64,000 nt of DNA from an uncultured Chlorobiaceae bacterium (lineage in GTDB: Bacteria; Bacteroidota; Chlorobiia; Chlorobiales; Chlorobiaceae), in assembly GCA_903928225.1 (NCBI GenBank), contig CAIYPU010000130.1:1536-65535 (forward strand), written 5' to 3'. Position 1 is the first letter of the stretch, and each line of letters opens with the position of its first letter. The notes beneath the pieces are model-generated. The model searched no databases. It was not told the origin of the DNA and saw nothing but the letters and a program-made list of their open reading frames with translations. The translations under genes and the position numbers were made by a program. Of the stretch, positions 50,636-60,583 are shown one piece after another.

Positions 50636-52558
50636 TCAGGCGAAAAGGCCTTCCATGGGGACAATGGGAAGCGGAACCGGTTTCAGAGATTCGTTCCTGA
50701 GTATGGCATTTGCCGCCATTCTTCCGGTAAACGCAGCCGCTTCCATGAGAAACACCGGGGCATCGACTTTCACCCAGTCACCGGCAAGGAAGAGGTTTGC
50801 ATAGGGAGTTTCCACGCCCGGCCTCGAAGCATGGTCACCGGGGGCCCATCGCGTGAAATTGGACTGCTGCATAAAAAGACCATACAGCACGTTCGCGCCC
50901 GCAAGTTCGGGAATCATGGTCTTCATTTCCTTCAGCATCGCGGCTTTGACCACTTCTTCCGGTTTGATGTCTTCCGGAGCGATGGCATATGCATGCAGTT
51001 CTACAACGGCACCCCGGTTCTTTTTCGCCCACGAGATGAATGGCTCCTGAAAATGGGAATAGATCGTGATCGAGTCGGTATAGGTGAACCCTGAAGTGGT
51101 ATAGAAAGGAAAATGCGAAGAGTCGAGGGGCTTGTCGAGCCAAACGCGGTAAACTGCATAGGGATCGGCTTCGCCGAGCGACGAAATCTGTTTATTGAAC
51201 AAAGGGCTTACAGGATCAGAATTCCTGAATATTGACCGGGTCCCGCTGACATTGGAAGCAACCACGCAGTAATCGCATGCAAGCATTTCGCCCCCGGTTT
51301 CTCCCGAACTTCTCACGATCAGTGTTCCGTCATGCTCGGTTACCGAAAGAGGAGCGAGGGATTGTTTCGGTGGGCCGCTCAGGGGTGCACCGGTAAGATC
51401 GTAGCGTCCGGAATGGCAGGGACAGTAGAGCCCGGCGGCAGAAGCATCATAGCTGACAGGACATCCCATATGGGTACATCGGGCATCGAAGGCGGCAAAA
51501 CCGCCTTCATTCCTTCCAAGCAGGACAGGAATCCCGTCAGGGGAAAGAAAGGAACCGAAACCTTTAACAGGGACTTCGGATGTCTTTACCTGCATAAACA
51601 AGCCGGGGCTTCCGCTACCCCGATCAAGCAGGACACCGTTAACCTTGTTCCCCTCGGTGAGGATCTTCCTCGCCGTACGACCTTTCATGATGGTTACGCC
51701 AAGCCGGCGCATCCTTGTTTCGAGAGGATCGATAAGGGCGCTCATGCAGTCGCGGTTCGTAATCCTGAAGGCAAGCCCCTCGGGACTTCCCATGAAATAA
51801 AAATGGAAATAGCGGAGCGCCTCGGCGGCCGACAGCGCCTCCATGCGGTTCATGGTCGCGTCGGCGAACGGGTGCAGGACCGTGTCGACAAAGGCAGGGA
51901 GGATCTCTCCCCTGCGGCAGAAGGTCATGAAATCAATAGTGTCGTACTGCCGGAATGCACGGGAATAATCATACTCGAACAGCTGCAGCGTCGAAAGCAG
52001 GCCTTTTGAATTTTTCAGGAACGAGACGAGATCAAGCCTTCTGGACTGGCCAAGGATGGAAAAAACATTGAAGGGAAAATATTTCGGTGTCTGTCCGAAA
52101 ATCTCGGAAGGAAACTCCCTGAAAAGAACGGGGTAACCGGGAGATTCTTTGAAAACCGTCTTTTTTACCCCGCCTTCTGCAAATATTTCGTTGAGATTGT
52201 AGTACTGGTCGAAAAATCCATGGAAGCCGTGCTCTACAGGAAACGTTTCCCCGAGCGCATCGACATTCCATCCGGTGAGCTTGCCTCCGAGTGAGTCGGA
52301 AGACTCCACCAGCGTCACGTCGAACCCTCTGGCCGCAAGTTCGAGAGCGGCACTGATGCCGGCAAGTCCTCCGCCGATGACAGCTGCCCTGCGGGTTATT
52401 TCCAGCTTTTCCGCACCTTCATCATCCTGAGGGTCCCCCTTGTATAGCGCCTTTCTGGGCTGGTAATAACCTGCCAATCCGCCTGCGCCTGCCGCCAGGA
52501 CCCCGGTACCGATTCCGGTCCTCAGAAATATTTTTTTGATGAATTCCCGTCTTTCCAT
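50636..52558 (-). CDS. Tat-signal FAD-dependent oxidoreductase (phytoene-desaturase/amine-oxidase fold) with an embedded Rieske [2Fe-2S] domain; candidate CrtU-type carotenoid aromatic-ring synthase
   Basis: The ORF runs 50636..52627. The ATG at 52558 gives MERREFIKKIFLRTGIGTGVLAAGAGG, a twin-arginine signal. The FAD motif is VIGGGLAGISAALELAARGFDVTLVE. The Rieske motifs CTHMGCP...CPCHSG lie mid-protein (about nt 51340-51560). Confidence 0.75.
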   Translation of the reverse strand: MERREFIKKIFLRTGIGTGVLAAGAGGLAGYYQPRKALYKGDPQDDEGAEKLEITRRAAVIGGGLAGISAALELAARGFDVTLVESSDSLGGKLTGWNVDALGETFPVEHGFHGFFDQYYNLNEIFAEGGVKKTVFKESPGYPVLFREFPSEIFGQTPKYFPFNVFSILGQSRRLDLVSFLKNSKGLLSTLQLFEYDYSRAFRQYDTIDFMTFCRRGEILPAFVDTVLHPFADATMNRMEALSAAEALRYFHFYFMGSPEGLAFRITNRDCMSALIDPLETRMRRLGVTIMKGRTARKILTEGNKVNGVLLDRGSGSPGLFMQVKTSEVPVKGFGSFLSPDGIPVLLGRNEGGFAAFDARCTHMGCPVSYDASAAGLYCPCHSGRYDLTGAPLSGPPKQSLAPLSVTEHDGTLIVRSSGETGGEMLACDYCVVASNVSGTRSIFRNSDPVSPLFNKQISSLGEADPYAVYRVWLDKPLDSSHFPFYTTSGFTYTDSITIYSHFQEPFISWAKKNRGAVVELHAYAIAPEDIKPEEVVKAAMLKEMKTMIPELAGANVLYGLFMQQSNFTRWAPGDHASRPGVETPYANLFLAGDWVKVDAPVFLMEAAAFTGRMAANAILRNESLKPVPLPIVPMEGLFA

Positions 52559-52646
52559 CCGTGATAGGGGTGATGAGGCTATGCCTGTGATTATCTTTTT
52601 ATGAGCGATTGACCCGAAAAGGAACACTTATTGTGCCGGCGACAAT

Positions 52647-52795
52647 AAGTCGCAAGGAAATCCATGGAACCGGGTTGTCATTCTGAATGAGCGTAGCGGA
52701 ATGAAGAATCCATTATATTATTGGAAGAATAAGTTATGGATTCTTCGGACGACCCATCGGCCTCAGAATGACAAAATCGGAGCAATAACCCGGAA
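52647..52795. repeat. Palindromic MITE-like dispersed repeat, copy 2
   Basis: CGCAAGGAAATCCATG...GTCATTCTGAATGAGCGTAGCGGAATGAAGAATCCAT...ATGGATTCTTCGG...CTCAGAATGACAAAATCGG is collinear with 24637..24785. Confidence 0.8.
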
Positions 52796-52860
52796 TGCCC
52801 ATACCTTCAGGGTAAAGATAACTACCTGCATAACAAACCTTTGCATCCTTTTTTCCGCAA

Positions 52861-53826
52861 ATGGCCATCTCATCGGTGAATATCGTGGCTGAAATCCGCC
52901 GGGAAGCCTCACGGCTCGGGTTCTCAGCAGTAGGATTTTCACGTCCTTCATCGCTTGCAGAGGCTATGAAACGCTATGAAAATATGCTCGGGGAGAGCAG
53001 GCACGGCGAAATGTCCTACCTGGAAAGGCAGAAAGAGGAAAGAAACCGTCCGGAAATGATCTTTCCCGGCCTCGGCACCATCATATCCGCTGCGATCAGC
53101 TACAACAACCGGTTAGAGAACGATGAAAGAGGACCGAAAATCGCAAGATATGCATTGGTCGACGATTACCATACCGTCGTCAGGAAAAAACTCGAAGAGT
53201 TGGGCGAATTCATCAGAACACTCATTGACGGACCTGTCAGGACATTGGTGAGCGTAGACAGCGGGCCGGTTCTGGAAAAAGCCTGGGCCGAATGTTCCGG
53301 CATCGGAAGGACCGGCAAGAACACCCTGATCATCGTTCCATCGGCTGGCTCCTATGTTTTTCTGGGAGAACTGTTCCTGGACAGGGAAATCGGAACACCG
53401 AAACAACCTCTCCCCTACCCCTGCGCAGGATGCAATGCCTGTATCGAACATTGTCCTACCGGTGCACTCGTGGAGCCGGGAAAGCTTGACGCGAGGAAAT
53501 GCATCTCCTACCTCACCATCGAACTGAAACGGGAGTTCACTCCTGAAGAAGCCGCATCCACGGGAAGCAACCTTTTCGGATGTGACCGCTGCCAGGAAAT
53601 CTGTCCATGGAACCGGCAGGCCAACGTTACGGCAGACGAATCCTTTTCGCTGAAAAAGGAGCTGTTAGGCATAACGCCCGAAACCATACTGGGCCTCGGC
53701 AAATCTGGGTTCCGTAGACTTTTTCATGGGACACCCGTTTTCCGGATCGGCCTCAGGCGCCTGAAAAGAAACGCCCGGGCTGTCGCTGATAATCTGAAAA
53801 AATCTGCTCAGAAAGCAGGAAACTGA
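52861..53826 (+). CDS. queG: tRNA epoxyqueuosine(34) reductase
   Basis: 321-aa ORF with two ferredoxin-type clusters (CAGCNACIEHCPTGA and CDRCQEICPWN) and GIGRTGKNTLII. Confidence 0.9.
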   Translation: MAISSVNIVAEIRREASRLGFSAVGFSRPSSLAEAMKRYENMLGESRHGEMSYLERQKEERNRPEMIFPGLGTIISAAISYNNRLENDERGPKIARYALVDDYHTVVRKKLEELGEFIRTLIDGPVRTLVSVDSGPVLEKAWAECSGIGRTGKNTLIIVPSAGSYVFLGELFLDREIGTPKQPLPYPCAGCNACIEHCPTGALVEPGKLDARKCISYLTIELKREFTPEEAASTGSNLFGCDRCQEICPWNRQANVTADESFSLKKELLGITPETILGLGKSGFRRLFHGTPVFRIGLRRLKRNARAVADNLKKSAQKAGN

Positions 53827-53938
53827 ACTAATTCGAGCACTCTTCATTTCAAACCCTCTTGCTTGACATGCGACATTATTGTTATTTTTAACAATTGTTT
53901 ATCACCATCAATCTCCCGACACCGATAACCCAATTCTT

Positions 53939-54436
53939 ATGCCCATGATGACCAGGATCTTCTGTGTAACATGCTTCGCCCTGTTTTTGGCATGTATCAA
54001 TACAGGTGCAACTCCTAAAACTTCTGGCTTAAATACACTTGCAATCGGCAACAGCTATGGAGGAGGAACAATTGTTCATCTCCTGAAACCTGGCGACAGA
54101 GGGTATGATCCTGAAAAACCGCATGGCATTATCTCCGATACCGAAGATATCCCCGGCCTTTTCGATTGGCCTGATGCCCTTGCTGCCTGCGAAAGACTGA
54201 AAAAAAACGGGTATGGCGACTGGTACCTCCCCGACAGCAATGACCTCGAAAAGCTCTATGTGAACAGATTTTCAGCGGGTGGTTTCGCCAGAAGCGGCAA
54301 GCAGGAACGTTTTTACTGGAGTTCATCCGAAAAGGATGCCGATTACTCCCGTGGAAGGAGTTTTAAAACCGGAAAAGAGCTTGTGGTCGACAAGATGTCG
54401 AAAACCGGCCACGCGAGGGCGGTCAGAACTTTTTAA
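53939..54436 (+). CDS. DUF1566-domain lipoprotein
   Basis: The ORF runs 53879..54436. The ATG at 53939 gives MPMMTRIFCVTCFALFLACINTG with a lipobox (FLAC). GYGDWYLPDSNDLEKLY...FYWSSS is the DUF1566 signature. Confidence 0.75.
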   Translation: MPMMTRIFCVTCFALFLACINTGATPKTSGLNTLAIGNSYGGGTIVHLLKPGDRGYDPEKPHGIISDTEDIPGLFDWPDALAACERLKKNGYGDWYLPDSNDLEKLYVNRFSAGGFARSGKQERFYWSSSEKDADYSRGRSFKTGKELVVDKMSKTGHARAVRTF

Positions 54437-54441
54437 ATGGA

Positions 54442-54485
54442 AAAGCCCTGCATATCCGTTCAGTTGACCGTATATGCAGGGCTTT
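54442..54485. terminator. Bidirectional rho-independent terminator
   Basis: AAAGCCCTGCATAT-N16-ATATGCAGGGCTTT is a 14-bp perfect stem with A/T-rich flanks. It lies between the stops at 54436 (+) and 54512 (-). Confidence 0.8.
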
Positions 54486-54511
54486 ATTCGCTCGTCAGAT
54501 GCAGGAAATAT

Positions 54512-56089
54512 TCAATGCTTGAAGTGGCGCATGCCGGTGAACACCATGGCGATGTTGTTGGCATCGGCGGCTTCGATTACCTCGTTGTCCCTGATTGATC
54601 CTCCTGGCTGTATGACTGCGGTCACCCCAGCCTCCGCAGCGGCAAGAAGACCATCGGCAAAAGGGAAGTACGCATCCGACGCCACGACAGAGCCGTTGAG
54701 GTCGAGCCCTGCTTCGGAAGCTTTCCATCGCGCGATTTTCGATGAATCGACCCGCGACATCTGCCCTGCGCCGACACCGTAAGTCTGGCGGTCCTTGACA
54801 TAGAGGATGGTGTTCGACTTGATATGCCTGCAGATTTTCCATGCGAACATGAGGTTTGCAAGCTCTTCTGCCGTCGGCTGCCTTTTCGTTACGACGTTCA
54901 AATCACTCATGGACACTGTCTTCGTATCGCGGTCCTGGACCAGCATGCCGAACGGTGTGGACCTGTACTCGAAGCCGCTTCCGGGCAGCGCTTTTTTCTG
55001 AAGTACGAGCCTGCGGTCCTTTTTCTTCATCAGCAGTTCAAGTACCCCTTCTTCAAATCCCGGAGCGATGAGTATTTCAGTGAAAATTTCGTTGACCACC
55101 TCTGCTGCCGCCATATCGAGAGGGCGGTTGAAAGAGATGATGCCGCCGAACGGAGCCTGCGTATCGGTAGAAAAAGCCTTGCGGTATGCTTCGGCAAGTG
55201 TCGGGGCCTGGGCTGCGCCGCACGGGTTGGTATGCTTGACGATCACGACCGCCGGGTCCTCGTTCCTGAACTCTTCGATGAGCACAGCTGCTGCGGCAAT
55301 ATCGAGCATGTTATTGTAGGAAAGCTCCTTTCCGTGCAGTTTCCTGAAATATTCGCCGAAAGAACGGGTGCCTTCGGGGTCTGAAAGCCGATACAGACCC
55401 GCGCTCTGATGCGGGTTTTCGCCGTAGCGCATGTCGAGCTCCCTGTCGAGCCTCACCGTCATCGAAGCGGGAGCGTTTCCTTCGGCAACACCATCTCTGC
55501 TCGTGAGATAATCGGCAATGGCGCGGTCGTATCGGGAAGTAAGCTCGAAAACCTTGCGTGCCAGCCTGAGACGGGTTGCACGGTTCGTCGACCCCCCGTT
55601 GCTCCGCATTTCGGAAAGCACCTGTACGTAATCGGAACTGTCGGTGAGCACCGTTACCGATTCGTTGTTCTTTGCTGCGCTCCTGAGCATGGATGGACCG
55701 CCAATGTCGATATTTTCAATGGCATCCTCGAAGGTGACATCCGGTCTGGCAACCGTCGCCTCGAACGGATACAGGTTGACGACAACCATATCGATGAACC
55801 CGATCCCGTTCTCCAGGGCCTGCTTCACATGGTCCGCATTTTCTCTGACGGCCAGCAGCCCTCCATGTATCTTGGGATGGAGCGTCTTCACCCTGCCATC
55901 CATGATTTCCGGGAACCCGGTGATCGTCGATATCGACGCAGCGGCGATACCGGCGTCCTGAAGGGTTTTCAGGGTGCCTCCGGTTGAAAAGATCTCGACG
56001 CCGAGAAGTGAAAGCTCGCGGCAGAAATCGACGATACCGGTTTTATCGGATACGGAAACAAGGGCCCGTTTGATGACAGGTTCGGACAT
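54512..56089 (-). CDS. purH: Bifunctional AICAR formyltransferase / IMP cyclohydrolase
   Basis: The ORF runs 54512..56140 and the ATG at 56089 gives [22 protein letters not shown]. It also has GGTLKTL...[13 protein letters not shown] and a C-terminal FTGMRHFKH. Confidence 0.95.
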   Translation of the reverse strand: MSEPVIKRALVSVSDKTGIVDFCRELSLLGVEIFSTGGTLKTLQDAGIAAASISTITGFPEIMDGRVKTLHPKIHGGLLAVRENADHVKQALENGIGFIDMVVVNLYPFEATVARPDVTFEDAIENIDIGGPSMLRSAAKNNESVTVLTDSSDYVQVLSEMRSNGGSTNRATRLRLARKVFELTSRYDRAIADYLTSRDGVAEGNAPASMTVRLDRELDMRYGENPHQSAGLYRLSDPEGTRSFGEYFRKLHGKELSYNNMLDIAAAAVLIEEFRNEDPAVVIVKHTNPCGAAQAPTLAEAYRKAFSTDTQAPFGGIISFNRPLDMAAAEVVNEIFTEILIAPGFEEGVLELLMKKKDRRLVLQKKALPGSGFEYRSTPFGMLVQDRDTKTVSMSDLNVVTKRQPTAEELANLMFAWKICRHIKSNTILYVKDRQTYGVGAGQMSRVDSSKIARWKASEAGLDLNGSVVASDAYFPFADGLLAAAEAGVTAVIQPGGSIRDNEVIEAADANNIAMVFTGMRHFKH

Positions 56090-56312
56090 TTGCTGAAGAT
56101 TTATCGGTTTGGTTGCAAAGGTGACGGCGGAATCTAACAAATAATCACCAAATTATTCATGGTCCGTCATCGTACCGGGGAAAGACCGATGCGCGACAGA
56201 TTATCCCTGACTGCTCGATATCCTCATGCGACGGCTCTGACGCTGTTTTATCGCTGTATCAAAGCTACCTTTTGCCGGGTAACCGCTAAAGGTTGTCCTG
56301 TTCCGCAATGCG

Positions 56313-56567
56313 TTATTTGCACCGCTTCGCTGATTTCCATCTCATGTGCATGTACAGATCGCCCTTTTCAAGCTCATCAAGCATCTGTGCAAGGCGTTTC
56401 TTTTGCGTCGAATCGAGTTTCGCCCTGCCTATCCATCCAAGATAGTCATTTCGCTGATAAGCCGGACGGGACTGATAAGCCTTCATCAGGGACCGGCACT
56501 CGAGCGCATCGCGCACGAAATCCGGCATCGGGTTTGCCGGCCTTTTAAGAGAACGACCTGATTCCAT
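56313..56567 (-). CDS. YdeI/OmpD-associated family small protein
   Basis: 84-aa ORF with PDFVRDAL.....AY..RPAYQRNDYLGWIGRAKLDSTQKKRLAQMLDEL, which matches the family pattern. Confidence 0.7.
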   Translation of the reverse strand: MESGRSLKRPANPMPDFVRDALECRSLMKAYQSRPAYQRNDYLGWIGRAKLDSTQKKRLAQMLDELEKGDLYMHMRWKSAKRCK

Positions 56568-56585
56568 GACTATACCGCATATCCC

Positions 56586-57104
56586 TCAGTTGATCGCGGG
56601 CCATTGGGCAGAGGGCTTGTGCGCCCAGACCCATGCGATATAATCGGTCATGGGCGGGCCGATGCCAAGGTCACGAAGCCTGGCGTTGACCTGTCCGCGA
56701 TGATATGAACTGTGTGCATGGACCTGCATCAGTGTTTCTCCGATCGTCGGCTTTGCGACCTCGAAACCGAGGTTTCTGCTGACAAGTCCCGCCCAGGGCA
56801 GCTTGACGGCATCATCGAGCATACCGGCTGTCAGTGTATCATGAAAACATCCGATCGCGAGGTGGTTTTTCCGGACGTATTGCTCAAGTTCCGGAACTGA
56901 AAACGAACCGGTCTCTTCGGGATTGACGGGTTCGTTGCGCCAGACGTCGAGAAAAACCTTCTGCACCAGATGCAGGTGCCTGAGGATGCCGAGAAGACGT
57001 TCGTCCTCCTGTGCCGCCGGATTGGCGTTGATTGCGGTAAATACGACGGCGTCGGCCCATTCCGTATGCCGTGAAAGCTCACGAAATAATGTCAGTGTGT
57101 TCAT
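56586..57104 (-). CDS. DinB-family protein
   Basis: The ORF runs 56586..57185 and the ATG at 57104 gives MNTLTLFRELSRHTEWAD. It has a His triad context (HLHLVQ...HAHSSYHRGQ). Confidence 0.8.
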   Translation of the reverse strand: MNTLTLFRELSRHTEWADAVVFTAINANPAAQEDERLLGILRHLHLVQKVFLDVWRNEPVNPEETGSFSVPELEQYVRKNHLAIGCFHDTLTAGMLDDAVKLPWAGLVSRNLGFEVAKPTIGETLMQVHAHSSYHRGQVNARLRDLGIGPPMTDYIAWVWAHKPSAQWPAIN

Positions 57105-57229
57105 ATTTCCCTTTTTCACGATGACAGGAACAATACCAGTGAATAATAATGGATAAGGTACTGAATAGAAACCTCTTCCTGTCAATCAGAGACACGATCA
57201 GGAAAATCCTGGAAAAACTCGGTCCCGGG

Positions 57230-57931
57230 TTAACCAATCATCCGGGTTAACGCACGAAATTCTTCATCGCTGAAATCATCCTCATCGATCCTGCCCAGGA
57301 TATCGCCAGGCCTGAAGCGCTGCAAGACGAGTTTTTTTTCTGCCGTCCGCGCCATACTGGCAACAGCATCCGGAGTATGCAATCGTCTGACGACCGTGCT
57401 TCTAAAAACAGACGGGATTCCGGATGACCTGATCAGTTCGCATGAGCGCCAGATGTCCCGGATCATGTCTGGAGTAAAGTGAATACCCGCAACTTCACTG
57501 TATCGCAGGGGATCCAGAGGGGCCTTGATATCGAGCGCAACCATATCGACAAGCCTTTCGCCGATGAGCCGGCCGAGCATCCGGGAATTCGTGCCGTTCG
57601 TATCGAGTTTTATACGCAGACCGAGTTTCCTGAACTCATGCAATACTTCCGGAAGCCCATCGTGGATTGTCGGTTCACCCCCGGTCACGACAACCCCGTC
57701 GATTAATCCGAGGTTACGACCGATGCTTTCCAGGATATGCCCTAAAGGAATCAGTTTCCCCTGTGCGATGCGTGAGGGAAGAACAAGCCCTGGGTTATGA
57801 CAGTAAGGGCAGCGGAGATTACAGCCGGATGTAAAGACAACCGCCGAAATCAGTTCAGGGTAATCGACAAAACTCTGGGGTATGTACCCCCCAACCGGCA
57901 GTTCTCTTTTATGCATGATCCCGTAATTCAC
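57230..57931 (-). CDS. nrdG: Anaerobic ribonucleoside-triphosphate reductase activating protein (radical SAM)
   Basis: 233-aa ORF with a CNLRCPYCHN radical-SAM cluster motif and GVVVTGGEP. It lies immediately downstream of nrdD. Confidence 0.88.
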   Translation of the reverse strand: MNYGIMHKRELPVGGYIPQSFVDYPELISAVVFTSGCNLRCPYCHNPGLVLPSRIAQGKLIPLGHILESIGRNLGLIDGVVVTGGEPTIHDGLPEVLHEFRKLGLRIKLDTNGTNSRMLGRLIGERLVDMVALDIKAPLDPLRYSEVAGIHFTPDMIRDIWRSCELIRSSGIPSVFRSTVVRRLHTPDAVASMARTAEKKLVLQRFRPGDILGRIDEDDFSDEEFRALTRMIG

Positions 57932-57955
57932 AATATTCGGTCATTTATCCGATCC

Positions 57956-60109
57956 TCAGGAATACGGGCAATCTTCGACCACAGTGCCGAGTTTAAACAG
58001 TTTCCGCTCCCGAAACTCGCTCTGTTTTCCTCCATTCCATTGCATGACGGGTCTCAGGTACCCGACAATCCTCGAATAGACCGTGCAGGGCTGTTCCTTA
58101 CCGCTCCGCAGACAGGATGGACAATGATGATGCTCTCCGAACAGATAACCATGGGAAGGGCAGATGCTGAATGTCGGGGAGAGGGTAAAATAAGGCAGGG
58201 TGAAGTTGTTCATTACCAGGCGAACCAGTTTCTTGACGGCCTCGGCAGGCAATTCTTTTTCACCGACAAATGCATGAAAAACCGTACCGCCTGTATAGCG
58301 TGACTGCAGTTCGTCCTGAAGCCTGAGGGCTTCGAACAGGTCATCGGTATAACCGACGGGCAGCTGGGTCGAATTGGTATAATACGGTTCGGCACCGTCG
58401 AGCACAGCATCCTCATTCGCTGCAATAAGATCGGGGTAAAGAGATTTATCGGTTCTGGCCAGGCGGTAAGCAGTGCTTTCGGCTGGAGTTGCCTCAAGGT
58501 TGTAAATATTGCCTGTTTCTTCCTGGAAAGATTCAAGACGGTTCCGAATGAAGTCCATGATTTCGAGGGCAAAAGCCTTACCGCGTGGCTCCGCTATCGT
58601 GCATCCCAGAAAGTTCAGGCAGCATTCGTTCATACCGGTGATGCCGATAGTTGAAAAATGGTTCTCCCAGAACAATCCGTTCTTGCAGCTTACATGGCGC
58701 AGATAAAAACGGGAATAGGGATAGAGCCCTTCCCCTGTGAGGCGCTCGATAACCTTGCGCTTGATTTCGAGGCTGCTTTTTGCAAGCTCCATGGCATGCC
58801 CGAGCCGCTCGAAAAGCTCTTCATCACTTTTCGATTCGTAACCTATGCGAGGAAGATTCAAGGTGACGACACCGACCGAGCCGGTAAGGGGATTGGAACC
58901 GAACAGGCCGCCCCCTTTTTTCTGAAGCTCCCGTTTATCGAGCCGTAGCCTGCAGCACATGCTCCTGACGTCGTCAGGGCTCATCGAGGAATTGACGAAA
59001 TTGGAAAAATAAGGAATCCCGTATCTGGCTGTCATTTTCCATATCCCTTCGAAATTCGGATTGTCCCAGTCGAAGTCTGGAGTAATATTGTAGGTTGGAA
59101 TGGGAAAAGAAAATACCGCACCGTTGGCATCACCATCAAGCATGACATCGGTAAACGCCCTGTTGAAAAGGTCCATTTCCACCTGAAAGTCACCGTACTG
59201 CTCTTCCATCGGTCGTCCTCCAATAATCACCGGTTTGTCCCTGAGCATGCCGGGCACTTTCAGATCAAGAGTGACATTGGTGAACGGGGTCTGGAAACCG
59301 ACCCTCGTAGGGACATTCATATTGAAAAAGAATTCCTGCATGCACTGTCGCACACCGGCGTAATCCAGCTGGTCATAACGTATGAAAGGAGCAAGCAGGG
59401 TATCGAAACTGGAAAAAGCCTGTGCTCCGGCAGCTTCCCCCTGCATGGTGTAAAAGAAATTCACGACCTGTCCGAGAGCTGAGCGCAGATGCTTCGCCGG
59501 CCTGCTTGAAGCATGCCCGGCAACGCCGGTGAACCCTGAAATGAGAAGATCCTCCAGATCCCAGCCCACGCAGTAGACGCTCAGAAAGCCGAGATCGTGG
59601 ATATGCATTACGCCGGATTTGTGCGCATCGCTTATTTCAGGTGGATAGATCCTGTTCAGCCAGTACTGGGCACTCACGAGGGTCGAAATGTGCTGATTGA
59701 GCCCCTGCAGGGAATAGGATGAATTTGCACTTTCCTTCACACGCCAGTCTTCAAGGTGAAGGTAGCTGTCCACCAGGTCGATGTTGCTGAACATCTCCCT
59801 GGCATCCCTGATGTTCCGATGCTGATGCCGGTAGAGGATGTAAGCTTTCACCGCAGCGAATTCCTGATGCAGGAACAGAACATTTTCGACCATATCCTGC
59901 ACCTCTTCCACCGTTGGAGGCTTATCACTGCCGCCCTGCCGGATCTTCGCCACCACAGCTGAGCTATACATTTCCGCCTTCTGCCTGTCGGGTTTTCCAA
60001 CCGCACGCAAAGCCCTGAAAACAGCATACGTTATGCGTTCATGATCGAACGGCTCACTCCGTCCGTCACGCTTGATGATCACCTGTGGAGTGGTGAACGA
60101 ATGTTTCAT
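57956..60109 (-). CDS. nrdD: Anaerobic (class III) ribonucleoside-triphosphate reductase
   Basis: 717-aa ORF with an N-terminal ATP-cone (VIKRDGRSEPFDHERI). The C-terminus has a zinc ribbon (CPSHG...CPSC) and a glycyl-radical motif (SRIVGYLRPV). Confidence 0.93.
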   Translation of the reverse strand: MKHSFTTPQVIIKRDGRSEPFDHERITYAVFRALRAVGKPDRQKAEMYSSAVVAKIRQGGSDKPPTVEEVQDMVENVLFLHQEFAAVKAYILYRHQHRNIRDAREMFSNIDLVDSYLHLEDWRVKESANSSYSLQGLNQHISTLVSAQYWLNRIYPPEISDAHKSGVMHIHDLGFLSVYCVGWDLEDLLISGFTGVAGHASSRPAKHLRSALGQVVNFFYTMQGEAAGAQAFSSFDTLLAPFIRYDQLDYAGVRQCMQEFFFNMNVPTRVGFQTPFTNVTLDLKVPGMLRDKPVIIGGRPMEEQYGDFQVEMDLFNRAFTDVMLDGDANGAVFSFPIPTYNITPDFDWDNPNFEGIWKMTARYGIPYFSNFVNSSMSPDDVRSMCCRLRLDKRELQKKGGGLFGSNPLTGSVGVVTLNLPRIGYESKSDEELFERLGHAMELAKSSLEIKRKVIERLTGEGLYPYSRFYLRHVSCKNGLFWENHFSTIGITGMNECCLNFLGCTIAEPRGKAFALEIMDFIRNRLESFQEETGNIYNLEATPAESTAYRLARTDKSLYPDLIAANEDAVLDGAEPYYTNSTQLPVGYTDDLFEALRLQDELQSRYTGGTVFHAFVGEKELPAEAVKKLVRLVMNNFTLPYFTLSPTFSICPSHGYLFGEHHHCPSCLRSGKEQPCTVYSRIVGYLRPVMQWNGGKQSEFRERKLFKLGTVVEDCPYS

Positions 60110-60334
60110 GATCCTTTTTTCTTTTTATTGGCAGAAACGATGGTATTTCATCATCATCATTGGACGACAGCTTCCAGCCAAAAGACCTTTGGCGACGGAA
60201 CTGCCTGGACAATTCTGATTGATGCTCTGTGCTTGTGCGGAAAAAAGAAGACAAGGGGCTGGAAAGAGCGGATTGAATGCGTCAGACCAAGTCACTTACC
60301 ATGCTTTGGACCGCGAAAGCATGTTACGGATTCA

Positions 60335-60480
60335 AGAAACAGGACAGGTCTCCTGGCTTGCCGGTCCTGCGGCACCTTCCCATTCCGCTTGAGGCGGAAC
60401 AGTGGTTGCAACGCTGCAGGATGATCGATCGGCTTTACAGTTGCGCGTCAGCTCACGATTTACACGTGATTCCCAATTAA
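60335..60480 (-). promoter_or_regulatory. Cobalamin (B12) riboswitch in the nrdDG leader
   Basis: Minus strand reads AATTGGGAATCACGTGTAAATCGTGAGCTGACGCGCAACTGTAAAG...CAACCACTG...AATGGGAAGG...CAAGCCAGGAGACCTGTCC. It tracks the conserved cores of the E. coli btuB leader (AATAGGGAATCCAGTGCGAATCTGGAGCTGACGCGCAGCGGTAAGG...CACTGCC...GGGAAG...AAGCCCGAAGACCTGCC), including the B12 box. Confidence 0.9.
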
Positions 60481-60583
60481 ACCCCGTCAGGGGTGTCGAG
60501 TTTCTTCAGTAAGAAAAAAACAGAGTGGAGGAAATCTATGAAAATAATCCGGAATACAAACAGTTTAAACGGGATGAACAGCA

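Noticed and set aside
56090-56312. I looked for a ZTP (pfl) riboswitch in the purH leader, because purH is a common ZTP-regulated gene.
   Set aside because: The minus-strand leader lacks the conserved GGGTCGTGAC...CCGCCTGGGC elements. Only a loose CCGCCGTCACC is present, so there is no convincing pseudoknot partner.
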